This document shows positions 50,246-62,660 of a stretch of 64,000 bases of DNA, piece after piece. Source of the stretch: Lytechinus pictus (Eukaryota); NCBI RefSeq assembly GCF_037042905.1, contig NC_087261.1, positions 29,264,001-29,328,000 on the forward strand, read 5' to 3'. Position numbers and translations under genes: made by a program. Numbering within the stretch: the first letter of the stretch is position 1; each line of letters starts with the position of its first letter. The notes below the pieces were generated by a model that saw nothing but the letters and a program-made list of their open reading frames with translations, searched no databases and had not been told where the DNA came from.

Positions 50246-50696
50246 TAGCCTCTTGTCGAGGTCCTGGCGGCTGCTTTCCGAGCGAAGCGAGGGATATAGC
50301 GAAGCCGGATTTCACCGACTTTCTTTTGTTCTTTAATGTTTTTACCAATACTCCGACCAAAAAAAAGGTCGATGAAAATCATGCAATGAGAGCGCGGACT
50401 GCTATGACGTCATATTGAATATTCATGACCTCATCTTGAATGGCGACCCGTGGATTCTTGGCGAAGAGAGACAACGAAATATCAAAGAGCATTGAATATG
50501 CCTCTAAAATGAAAGTCGATTATATTACATCTTCACTTAAAGGACGAGATGTGTTTGTAAATCTACCCACAGGATATGGAAAAAAATATAATCTTTCATG
50601 AGATTCCACTTTGCGTCGATTATCGATCTCCGCGGTGCAGTGAGGGAATGCTGGAGTCGAGTTGTTCAGTTGGTGCTCCCCCTTGACTCGAGGCTG
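50246..50696 (+). mobile_element. AcademH-like deletion derivative with RecQ-type helicase motif I relic (unit A copy, frameshifted)
   Basis: TAG-starting imperfect TIR (tagcctcttgtcgagg / ccttgactcgaggctg). Encodes LKGRDVFVNLPTGYGK. Confidence 0.6.
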
Positions 50697-50959
50697 ACCA
50701 GGCCGATCTCCCGGGAAGTTTCGGGGCGGTGATGGGTCTGTCACTGCTAGTAGTAGTAGTAATAATAGTATAGTACCACTACTAGTAGCATTTTGCTAGT
50801 TATATCCCCTTTAGTGTCCCGCAATTAAATGAATCCCCTGCATAATACTAGTTGTGGACTGCTAGTATTCCGAACCCCGGACGAAACAGCTTTGACAAAG
50901 GTGACCGGTAATATTCGTGACTCATGTATATTCATTATTATGAAGATGTTCCTCATGAA

Positions 50960-53155
50960 TATATAATTCAGCTCAGATGTCAAGAGCCTATAGAAACCTT
51001 GGACAGTTAGAGCCCGACTAAAAGGACGGCACGTGCAGGGACCTGGGAAGCGGGGGTGCTGGGGGTGCTGAAGCACCCCCAGAAATTATCCTGGGGGTGC
51101 TGCGTGTATTATTTTCCATTGACAGCACCCCCACGAAACCAGGTTACCCCCTGTATTTTTTAAAATATGTTATAATGTACATAATTATCACATCCGACAA
51201 TCGCAAATCATTGAATAGTCTTTCACATATTCCAATAACATCCCTCCTATAACGCGACTCAATCAAGCTCCAGCGGGGCAGCACTCCGATACAGACGTGG
51301 TCGCGCGCAATACGTGATAACCATACACACTCTTCGATAGCAGGGAGGGACATGGGGTGGTTGGACTTGAAACTTCCAGGTTCGAATCAAGTGAGCGGGC
51401 GCCCGACCGCCCGTGTAATGTATACTTATAATTATAAGTCAGACAATAGAAATCAAACTTTACAGTCTTTTTCGCCCTGCCCCATGTCCCAACGGGCTGG
51501 GAAGCGGGGGTGCTGGGGGTGAAGCACCCCCAAAATTTGGGGGGTGCTGTGTGTTATTTTCCATAGGCAGCGCACCTCCTGGAAATCTAGTGGTAGGTAT
51601 GATAAATGACAGAAATGTAATGAAAATAAGGCGACGTTTTGTAGAACCCCCCCCCCCACTTCAGAATTTTCCGACACATTACTTGAAATAATGTTTAAAT
51701 TCACCCTCTTTCAGATCGGAATATCAAATATTTTCTGCTCGCGCTTCGCGCTCGCATTATTGATTTTATAATAAAAAAATGTATTTAGAATGCCCAGATA
51801 CTAGGTCTAACTCTAAACATGCGCACTCATGTTTATTCAGATACGCAGCTTGATTTTTTTTTTTGGGGGGGGGGGATACTCCGGGCTGAAAATATTTATA
51901 TCAAATACATTTTATCAAAATCTGATAACGATTAGTTTAGTTATTTAGTTCTAAAGTTTAGTAATATTTTATGAAAATGGTGATATGCATGTCGTCATGA
52001 ATATTTAATAGGTGGGCTGATGCTGTCACATCCCCACTATCCTAGCTGTTCCTTGTGGAATCAAAATTGTTCAATTTTTTCATACCAGAATGAATGCCCA
52101 AATGAATGATATGTCTCCCTTACAATGAAATAAGTTGTAACAAAGAATATCTAATGGACTAAATCAGTTGTCAATTCAACTGTTTTGGTTCTTGAAAAGA
52201 AAATATTGAATAAACCTAATTGTATATAATAAAATACAAAGGAACAAGTGGGGAATAATGCTAATCTTTAAAATGCAATAACTGTGATATTCCTTGTCTG
52301 ATTTTGATCAAATCTTTATTCTTATGTTCGTTTGAGTTTTCTTTATCCGTTCAAACCATTTTACATTCAGTGTGGAGTTTCAAATCAGAATATCAAAAAT
52401 TTTCTGCTCGCGCTTTGCGCTCACATTATTAATTTAAGAATATATCCAATTACCCATAATTTTCTTGATTTACAAAACATGAATAGAATGTCCCGTTTTC
52501 AGGTCTGAAATCTCAACTTTGTTTCCGCTCGCATCAATTGTATAGTTATATACCTATCCTGTTCATGATTAGAAAAGTGCATAAGATGTCTCGTTTTTAG
52601 GTTTGAAATCTCATTTTTATTTCCGCTCGCGCTTCGCGCTCGCATCAATTGTATAGTTTTATACCTATCCTCATCATGATTATAAAAGTACTTAGAATCT
52701 CTCGTTTTTTTGGTCTGAAATCTTAATTTTATTTCCGCTCGCGCTTTGCGCTCGCATCAATTGTATATATACCTATCCTGTTCATAATTAAAAAACGTGC
52801 TTAGAATGTCCAGTATTTAGGTCGGAATGTCAAATTTTTCAGCTCGCGCTTCGCGCTCGCATTATTTGATTGTTGATATATGTATCGTCTTCATGGGTAA
52901 CTGCAAACAGTCCTTACAACACGTCCCTTTCGATCAGGCCAGAGCGTATATAAAAAATATCTACTCGCGCTCACAATTATTATTACATAAATTGTTATAT
53001 ACGCATCTTGGACCACAAACATTGCTCAAAATGTTCAATTTTCAGGACAAAATACATGAAATTTATACCAAAAAAAGCTCGCGCTTCGCGCTCCAATTAT
53101 CTAATTATATATTTGTGTTCTTTTATAAGAAGAAAGCTAAGAAGTGACCGTCATA

Positions 53156-53203
<48 letters not shown>

Positions 53204-53755
53204 TGGGGGGTGTGTGTGATGTGTGTGTAATTATGGAAAACTCAATTGTGTCTGTCCCCCCCCCCACCTCTGAGGAGAGATTTCAGCACCCCCACTGAAA
53301 AAATCGTTCCCAGGTCCCTGGGCACGTGTAGGAATATGGAATGATTCCTAGATTAAAGCCAAAGTAGAGAGTCTAAGACGGTCCTCAGCAAATCATAAAT
53401 AGTAGAACCACGATGAAGAACACTGAAGCACACGTTTCCTTGCGATGAGATGGCCAGTTGATGGGTTAGATCTGTCGGGCTTCTTGGACTCACCGAGATG
53501 AAGTCGTGCCTGGTGATGAAGTGCACGTGCTGTCAAGAACTGGAAGATACTCAATAAGATGCATCCATCTTGGTTAGATCACTCTGCAGTGCTGTGTAGA
53601 TGGGTCAACGTCGAGATGTAGAACAGGAAAGAATTCAACATGAATCCCGTGAACCATATGCAAAAGATGGCAATTTAAATTCTTCTGCGTGAGAGTAACG
53701 GAACGGGTAGACTACGGCAATGTAACGTTCAATTGGGATGAAGGCTATATACAGA
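50960..53755 (-). pseudogene. GPCR pseudogene (TM3-TM7 remnant) split by a hAT insertion, unit A
   Basis: PFSRALTVQGFY (compare PFHRALSILGFC) at ~50990-51030. Degenerate match to the intact GPCR at 53329-53755 with stops and frameshifts. Confidence 0.8.
51036..53320. mobile_element. hAT-type non-autonomous element, 8-bp TSD GGCACGTG, present only in unit A
   Basis: ggcacgtg|cagggacctgggaa...ttcccaggtccctg|ggcacgtg. Empty site ggcaagtg at ~59862. Contains a nested Kolobok-like MITE at ~51873-52380. Confidence 0.9.
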
Positions 53756-54605
53756 AAGACAATAAAATTTAAATATTGATTGTAAATAGTTGTTATTTTT
53801 ATAATTATTATTTACAATCAATATTTAAATTATATTATTTAATAAAAAAATATTTTCAATCTATGAATTTTTCTTCAAAACGGGACTTCGTAACATAGCT
53901 CATCGAAGCTACATTTACGTCATATTGAAACGGTTCAACGGTCAGGTCTTTTGTATTGCAGTGTTTACTATATGGAAACACGGCATCGGTCTGGTAAGAA
54001 ACCTCTAATTTTTCTTATTTTTAGGGGAAACTGTCATACCTTTATACGCAGTAGGTGTATAAAGGTATGCAATTTAATAAAAATTTTAGTCTGCATGTAT
54101 AATAGCGTCGCAAGTTCTAATGTTAAATATGAAGGGAATTCCCTTCTTGTGTATTATCTTCTCTAAGCTCAGTCCCATATGCTTGTTTAGGCTCCGTGAT
54201 GAAATGACAATATCAAAATCATAAAAAATATCATAACGGAGTCCTCTAAACGACATATCAGCTATCATTTGTATCACTTAATACAACATACAAATACCAC
54301 GTTGCTTTCGCTCATTTATCGGTTCAAATGACTGTATTTGCTATTTCCAGAACTGTCACTCTGATGTACGTAAACGAAGCCTCAGACCATAATGATAAAA
54401 CAGTTCACAAAATAAAGTGTTCTTATTTTTCGGTTTTTTTATTGATTATTATACGGTAAACTTTCCAGGCCACTGTCTTGACTGTTACATGCAAGTAAGG
54501 TTACATGAAATGATAGGTAATATTCATTGATGACAATTAATTATAAGTTAAAAATCGTCCATCTCGTTGGGTGGGAGCTAGTTTTTGTCATTGACTTTCA
54601 CTGAC

Positions 54606-55767
54606 AAGTGGCGTGCCGTGGGTCATGGCATTGGGGGTGGGGGCACCAGCAGACCTAAAAGTGACATGTATATCACCAATTAAACAACGCGAGCGCGAAG
54701 TGCGAGATTAAATTTTTTTTTATATTCAGCCCTAAAAAGGGACATTATAAGCAAATATTTGTAATCATGATAATTATGTACCTGTCTCACTAAACAAACA
54801 ATGCGAGCGCGAAGCGCGAGTAGAAATGTTTGTATTTATTTCCCAGAACAGGGACATTTTAGGGACTTGTTAGAGGAATTTTTAAAGAGCATACATAATA
54901 ATTATAGTAATAATAATGATAGCCAATTTTTATGAAGCGCTTTTCCCAGAATGGCTCAAAGCGCGTAACAGCATACATGTCTCACCATAGTCATTCTATG
55001 CGGGTGCCGTGCGATAGCTGATTTTTTTTTTTTATAGAATAAACACCCAAAACCACCTCAACACATGAATCCCTAATCATGAACATGATCAAATATTGCG
55101 AGCGCGAAGCGGGAGCTATTTTTTTTAATTTAGACCTTTAAGAGGGACATTCTAAGACCTGTTTGTTGGAACTCATTAAGATCATTCTTATTGCCCTAGA
55201 TAAATGTTTCGAGCGCAAAGCGCCAGCTGCAAATTGTTGATATATAAGAACAGAAAAAGGGACATTTCAGGACTGTTTTTTTTTATAGGAGTTCATGAAG
55301 AGCAGATATATTTCACCAATCTACTACATACCAATGGCATGGACTGGAAATGTTTTATATTCAGACCTTAAAAGGGGCAATCACTTTTAAAAGTAGTCAT
55401 GAAAAGAAGCATATACTACATAGATTAACTAAAACTTGAAGAGCGAGGAAACGAGACTTGAAAACGGGGTATTTAAGTACCGTTTAATCCCCTTGAACAA
55501 GAATATTCATTAAACAGACATTGCGAGCACTAAGAGTGATGAGCACATAAGCCCTAAGCTAATTATGGTTCATGAAGTTATTAAACAATCTATATATAAC
55601 ATAACTCATATAGAACATAAAATAGTACACAAAAAGTTCTTCTCCCATTACGTTTCTCTTTCTTTCCCCCTCTTTTTCTTCCTTTTCCCTTGTTTCTTTT
55701 GCCGGTTAGACGGGTTATGGGGAGGGGAGATACGTGCCCCATTGCCCTCCGTATAGTTACACCACTG
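54606..55767. mobile_element. hAT-type non-autonomous element, 8-bp TSD TCACTGAC (unit A)
   Basis: tcactgac|aagtggcgt...acaccactg|tcactgac. Contains a unit-A-specific SINE tail at ~54900-54975. Confidence 0.85.
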
Positions 55768-55995
55768 TCACTGACAATATTTTCCACTTACATGTAATTT
55801 ACAGACACCCCATTCATTTAACATTAAACATTTTAGTACCCTTTAACAAAATTAAATTGAAATAAACATTGTCATTTCCTTGACAAAGTGAAATATTTAC
55901 AATTGCATATATTTATCATTAATCATCACTGGCACGTATGTGCCAGCCTAAAAAGCGAAACATAGAAAAGGCAAAGGATTGCTTTATTCAAAATG

Positions 55996-57204
55996 TTACT
56001 TGGTTTCCCTATCCCCAAATAGTGGAGCCTCTGCGAGCTGACCTCTGGTGAAAAGCTCTCGCACAGCTGTACGGAATTCAGGGTAGCGAACAGTATAGAT
56101 GATAGGGTTGGCGCATGAGTTGCAGAATCCTAGAATTGAAAGAGCGCGGTGAAACGGGCTATAAAGGTATAAATCGGGAATGAATCCTAGATTGAAAGCA
56201 AGGTAGACTATATTAGCAGGCCCCCAGCAGATCAGAAAGATCAAAACTACGATAAATAGTGTTTGCAGAACGCGTTTCTTGGCGATGAGATGTCGGGTTG
56301 AAGGATTGGATATGTCAAGCTGTTTCGCTTCACCTAGTTGAAGTCGTGCCTGGCGATGCAATGCATGTGCTGTAAGGACTTGAAAGTTTATTGTCAGGAT
56401 TGCTGGAAAGAGGAACTCAATCAGGAAAAGGAACACACCCATGGCAATCTGGAACCTTCTGGGATAAATCACTCTGCACTGCGCTGCAGATGGGTCAACA
56501 GTCGAGATGAAAAACAGGAACGAAGTTAACATGAAAGCGGTGAACCAAAGGCAGATTATGGCAATTGAGATTCGTCTTGGAGCTAGAAGTTCTTTGCAAC
56601 GGAATGGGTACACCACGGCAATATAGCGTTCAATGGGTATGAAGGTGAGTGTAAAAATAGATGCAGTAACCGAAACCCACATGAACATTGATGTGTACAC
56701 TACCTTGCAGTAAAAATTGCCGAGTGCAGTCGAAGGAACTCGATTTGTTGGTGGCAGCGGCACCATAAAGATCGACGTGATAAGATCGGCAACTGCCAGG
56801 GCGCCAACCAGTGTGTCCGTGGATCTACTCTTCTTTCGTCTTTGAAAAATGATTATGATGACAAGAGAGTTGCCAACGATACCAAAAAGTGCAGTTGTCA
56901 TCTGTAAAATGACCCACCAGGACCAGGTTATCGGTTGCCAAAGCCAGGATATCGAAGTAGGCGATACGACATTCTTATCCCCATTCTCTTCCGTGGATTC
57001 AATAAGAGAATAATCCTGAGAGTCATTCGTTGAATCTTGAACCGATCCCTCAATGGTTTGCTCTGTCCAAATCTCAGTATAAGAATCCATAGAGGTGTTT
57101 TGCATCCAATCTATCCATTCCTGCCCAACGTCACTGTCAGAAAACGTTTGTCCAACGTAGCTCTTTAAAAAGAGGAGCAGAATAAAGCAAATAATTTCTC
57201 CCAT
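55996..57204 (-). CDS. Intronless rhodopsin-class GPCR (galanin/allatostatin-receptor-like), 402 aa
   Basis: Signal-peptide-like N terminus, 7 TM segments, GN (TM1), LAVAD (TM2), C-ERY (TM3), CWGP (TM6), NSCANPIIY (TM7). Confidence 0.95.
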   Translation of the reverse strand: MGEIICFILLLFLKSYVGQTFSDSDVGQEWIDWMQNTSMDSYTEIWTEQTIEGSVQDSTNDSQDYSLIESTEENGDKNVVSPTSISWLWQPITWSWWVILQMTTALFGIVGNSLVIIIIFQRRKKSRSTDTLVGALAVADLITSIFMVPLPPTNRVPSTALGNFYCKVVYTSMFMWVSVTASIFTLTFIPIERYIAVVYPFRCKELLAPRRISIAIICLWFTAFMLTSFLFFISTVDPSAAQCRVIYPRRFQIAMGVFLFLIEFLFPAILTINFQVLTAHALHRQARLQLGEAKQLDISNPSTRHLIAKKRVLQTLFIVVLIFLICWGPANIVYLAFNLGFIPDLYLYSPFHRALSILGFCNSCANPIIYTVRYPEFRTAVRELFTRGQLAEAPLFGDRETK

Positions 57205-57987
57205 CTTTCACCTGCTTCTGCACTAATAAGAGCAAAGGGTAGTAGTTCAAAGAAGTTGCCTTACAGAACAGTTTATTCACCAGTTTGCAATCATCAAATT
57301 TAGCTTTCAAGACATGACCTGAATCCTTCTGAAATACGTTGCTTTTGCAAAAACTTCGAATGGCTTCGTCTTGGGTTTCTAGTAACCCAATGAGATGTCT
57401 TGATGACACGAACAGAGTAAAATTCGTCAACACGAAACCTTTACGCACTCGCTTTTTTAATGGTTATCCACTACAGAAATCAATACATCACTACTTTAAT
57501 GAGAAGGAAAAAAACGCAAAAGGGTCGAAGAAGGCTACATAACTATTTTCATGTCCATTCATCTATTTCAAAGGAAATAAGATTTTGACTTTTTACTCCA
57601 GTTTATGTCTCATTTATCCTTTATCAAATAACTGCTCTATTTCTTGGCCTTGTATGGTAGAGCAAACAGCAATATATTCAGTGTCACGTTTTTGCCTCAT
57701 CTGCATGGCAGAGTGAGACTATAGGCGCCGGTTTTCCGACGACAACGGCGGCGTCAAATCTTAACCGAAGGTTAAGTTTTTGAAATGGCAGCATACTTTG
57801 AAAGTATATGGACCTAGCTCATGAAACCTGGCCATATGGTTAATCACGTTTTACTAAATATTCTGCCTGATTTTCAGGTCACATGACCAAGGCCTAAGGT
57901 CATTTAGGGTCAATGTACATATGAATCTTGTAAAATACTGTTAACTGATGACCTGTCAGAAGCAAAATTGAAATTGTTATTAGCTTA

Positions 57988-58110
57988 TAATAATATATAT
58001 AATAATAATAGTGGTATATTTACCCAGGGTTGCCACTTCAGTTCCGAAAACTGTTCTCCCAGCGGGCCCTGCTGTTATTATTACCCGGCTAAGCTAGGCT
58101 ACCTAGGCTA
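57988..58110 (-). mobile_element. SINE/LINE 3' tail fragment, present only in unit B
   Basis: (taa)n followed by atatttacccagggttgccacttcag...ccagcgggccctg...ttattattacccggc. Absent at the equivalent site ~49305. Confidence 0.6.
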
Positions 58111-59080
58111 CCTTATGATGGCCGCGCTAGGATTGCCAACTTAACGGTCAATTATTATAACAGTTTTACCGTACATTTCATTGAATGACTCGTCTTTGTA
58201 ATTATCTTGGTATACACGCCACGTACGGCTCCATTTAAAACATTAACGATTCTCAGGTAACTCCGTCAATTTGCTTGTGCAGTTGACGTAGGAGACCTAT
58301 TATACAGGAAGGACATGATCGTGCATATATATATCCTATTGTGTTTTCCGTACTCCTGTTGCGTTAGACCGGGGCGTTAGATGAACATATAATATGTATT
58401 ATAATTATTATAAACCAGCCAGTCGGCAAGCCCACAAAAAGTAGCTTCTTTTATCCAAGTGATATTCATGACTAGAGTGTTTTTGCATTATTAATGAACT
58501 TGGTGCGAACCAAAACACCTCTTTTCATTCGGCCATTGCTGCTCTAAATATTGACAAAATTTCATGTTCTTGGTATTTTTATAAAGAAGAAAAATCATTA
58601 TTTTAGGTCATGTGTTTGGATTTTTAAAAGGATGTTGTAATATAGGGGAAACTTTTGATCTAAAACATGAAACAAAGTCATTATTTTCATGCAACGAAAG
58701 TTGTTATTTTACACCTAAATTTCTGTTTGAGCCCAAGTGATTTTTTAACTATGATTATGATTATGACAAGATCTAAGCTTTAATATAATATCATTTTTTA
58801 TAAGAAGAGGTATTTTAGATGGGTCAGCAGCCAGCTTTTCATAGGCCAATGACATTTAGCAGCTCAAAAACAAGAATACTGCGCTCTGATTGGTTTAGAG
58901 ACCACACACCCACGTCAATCCCAACGTTCCCCACACTGGGCCTCTGCAAGGTCACACTCACCATGTGGTGATCTATTCAAATTTCCTGCGCCTGTTGTTT
59001 AAAAAAAAATTCAGCCAATCAGAACTCTTCATTTTATAGTGAAGAAGATGACAGGGTTGGCGCAAGAGTTGTAGAAACAT

Positions 59081-59529
59081 TAGCCTCTTGGCGAGGTCCT
59101 GGCGGCTGCTTCCCGAGCGAAGCGAGGGATATAGCGAAGCCGAATTTCACCGACTTTCTTTTGTTCTTTAATGTTTTTACCAATACTCCGACCAAAAAAT
59201 GGTCGATGAGAATCATGCAATGAGAGCGCGGACTGCTATGACGTCATATTGAATATTCATGAGCTCATCTTGAAAGGCGACCCGTGGATTCTTGGCGAAG
59301 AGAGACAACGAAATATCAAAGATCATTGAATATGCCTCTAAAATGAAAGTCGATTATATTACATCTTCACTTAAAGGACGAGATGTGTTTGTAAATCTAC
59401 CCACAGGATATGGAAAAAATATAATCTTTCATGAGATTCCACTTTGCGTCGATTATCGATCTCCGCGGTGCAGTGAGGGAATGCTGGAGTCGAGTTGTTC
59501 AGTTGGTGCTTCCCCTTGACTCGAGTCTG
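59081..59529 (+). mobile_element. AcademH-like deletion derivative with RecQ-type helicase motif I relic (unit B copy)
   Basis: ORF 59292-59519 contains LKGRDVFVNLPTGYGKNIIFHEIPLCVD. Same TIR as the unit A copy. Confidence 0.6.
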
Positions 59530-59789
59530 ACCAGGCCGATCTCCCGGGAAGTTTCGGGGCGGTGATGGGTCTGTCACTGCTAGTAGTAGTAGTAATAGTA
59601 GTATAGTACCACTACTAGTAGCATTTTTGCTAGTTATATCCCCTTTAGTGTCCCGCAATTAAATGAATCCCCTGCATAATACTAGTTGTGGACTGCTAGT
59701 ATTCCGAACCCCGGACGCAACAGCTTTGACAAAGGTGACCGGTAATATTCGTGACTCATGTATATTCATTATTATGAAGATGTTCCTCA

Positions 59790-60300
59790 TGAATATATAA
59801 TTCAGCTCAGATGTCAAGAGCCTATAGAAACATTGGACAGTTAGAGCCCGACGAATAGGGCGGCAAGTGTAGGAATCTGGAATGATTCCTAGATTAAAGC
59901 CAAAGTAGAGAGTCTAAGACGGTCCTCAGCAAATCATAAATAGTAGAACCACGATGAAGAACACTGAAGCACACGTTTCCTGGCGATGAGATGGCCAGTT
60001 GATGGGTTAGATCTGTCGGGCTTCTTGGACTCACCGAGATGAAGTCGTGCCTGGTGATGAAGTGCACGTGCTGTCAAGAACTGGAAGATACTCAATAAGA
60101 TGCATCCATCTTGGTTAGATCACTCTGCAGTGCTGTGTAGATGGGTCAACGTCGAGATGTAGAACAGGAAAGAATTCAACATGAATCCCGTGAACCATAT
60201 GCAAAAGATGGCAATTTAAATTCTTCTGCGTGAGAGTAACGGAACGGGTAGACTATACGGCAATGTAACGTTCAATTGGGATGAAGGCTATATACAGAAA
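59790..60300 (-). pseudogene. GPCR pseudogene (TM3-TM7 remnant), unit B, uninterrupted
   Basis: Nearly identical to the unit A pseudogene without the hAT insertion. Confidence 0.8.
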
Positions 60301-61148
60301 GACAATAAAATTTAAATATTGATTGTAAATAGTTGTTATTTTTATAATTATTATTTACAATCAATATTTAAATTATATTATTTAATAAAAAAATATTTTC
60401 AATCTATGAATTTTTCTTCAAAACGGGACTTCGTAACATAGCTCATCGAAGCTACATTTACGTCATATTGAAACGGTTCAACGGTCAGGTCTTTTGTATT
60501 GCAGTGTTTACTATATGGAAACACGGCATCGGTCTGGTAAGAAACCTCTAATTTTTCTTATTTTTAGGGGAAACTGTCATACCTTTATACGCAGTAGGTG
60601 TATAAAGGTATGCAATTTAATAACAATTTTAGTCTGCATGTATAATAGGGCCGCAAGTTCTAATGTTAAATATGAAGGGAATTCCCTTCTTGTGTATTAT
60701 CTTTTCTAGGCTCAGTCCCATATGCTTGTTTAGGCTCCGTGATGAAATGACAATATCAAAATCATAAAAAATATCATAACGGAGTCCTCTAGGCGACATA
60801 GCAGCTATCAGTTGTATCCCTTTATACAACATACAAATACCACGTTGTTTTCGCTCATTTATCGGTTCAAATGACTGTATTTGCTATTTCCAGAACTGTC
60901 ACACTGCTGTACGTAAACGAAGCCTCAGACCATAATGATAAAGCAGTTCACAAAATAAACTGTTCTTATTTTTCGTTTTTTTATTGATTATTACACGGCA
61001 TAACTTTCCAGGCCACTGTCTTGACGGTTACATGCAAGCAAGGTTACATGAAATGATAGGTAATCTTCATTGATGACAATTCATTATAAGTTAAAAATCG
61101 TCCATCTCGTTGGGTGGGAGCTAGTTTTTGTCATTGACTTTCACTGAC

Positions 61149-62433
61149 CAATGGCGTGCCGTGGGTCATGGCATATGGGGTGGGGGCACCAGCAGACCTA
61201 AAACTGACCTAAAACTAAAACTGACTGTGCCAATAAACTGATATGTATATCATCAATCAAACAACACGAGCGCGAAGCGTGAGATGGACATTTTTATATC
61301 CAGACCTAAAAAATGACAACATAAGCAAATATTTGTAATCATGATAATTATGTACCTGTCTCATTAAACAAACAATACGAGCGCGAAGCGCGAGTAGAAA
61401 TTTTTGTATTTATTGCCCAAAACAGGGACATTTTTTAAAGGACTTTTTAAAGGAATTCTTGAAGAGCATACATTTCTCACCGTAGTCATTTAATGCGGGT
61501 CCCATGCGAAGGCTGATTTTTTTTTAGACTAAACACCCAAAACCACCAAAACAAATGAATCTCTTTGGGTAGTCAGTGTAATCATGAACATGATACGTTT
61601 CTCACTAATCAAATATTGCGAGCGCGAAGCGCGAGCTAATTTTTTTTGAAAGACCTTTAAGAGGGACATTCTAAGACCTGTTTGTTGGAACTCATTAAGA
61701 CCATGCTAATTGCACTTAATGTTGCGAGTGCGAAGCGTCAGCTGTAAATTGTTGATATTAAGAACAGAAAAAGGGACATTTCAGGACTGTTTTTTATCCT
61801 GTTTATAGGAGTTCATGAAGAGCAGATATATATTTCACCAATCTACTACATACGAACGGCATGGACTGGAAATTTTTATATTCAGACCTTAAAAGGGGCA
61901 ATCACTTTTAAAAGTAGTCATGAAGAAAAGCATATACTACATAGAATAATAAACATTTGAAGAGCGAGGAAATACATTATATTTGGTGCATATCGACTTG
62001 AAAACGGGTTATTTAAGTACCGTTTAATACCCTTGAACAAGATTATTCATTTCATTAAACAGACATTGCTAGCACTAGGAGTGATGAACACATAGGCCCT
62101 AAGCTAATTATGGTTCATGAAGTTATTAAACAATGTATATATAATATAATTCATATAGAATATAATATAGTACACAAACAGTTCTTCTTCTCCCATTACG
62201 TTTCTCTTTCTTTCTCCCTCTTTTTCTCCTTTTCCCTTTTTTTTTTGCCAGTGGACGCAGTAGCGTACCGTGAACCGCAGGAGACAAAGCATTGGGGGGG
62301 CAGTGCATTGTCTGTGAACAATGCTTTGCCCCCCCAATGCTTTGTCTCCTCCGAGTCACGGTACGCTACTGAGTGGACGGGTTAGGGGGGAAGGGAGATA
62401 CGTGCCCCATTGCCCTCCGTAGTTACACCAATG
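61149..62433. mobile_element. hAT-type element, unit B counterpart of 54606-55767
   Basis: tcactgac|caatggcgt...acaccaatg|tcagtgac. Confidence 0.85.
62258..62371. mobile_element. 114-bp palindromic hAT-type MITE, 8-bp TSD AGTGGACG, present only in unit B
   Basis: agtggacg|cagtagcgtaccgtga...tcacggtacgctactg|agtggacg. Confidence 0.9.
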
Positions 62434-62660
62434 TCAGTGACAGTATCTTCTACTTAATTTACAGACACGCCATTCATTTAACATTAACAATTTTAGTACT
62501 TTTTAACAAAATAAAATTGAAATAAACAGTGTCATTTCCTTGACAAAGTGAAATATTTTTCAATGTCATATATTTATCATTAATCATCGCTGGCATTGAT
62601 GTACGTGCCAGCCTAAAAAGCGAAACATAATAAAGGCAATGAATTGCTTCATTCAAAGTG

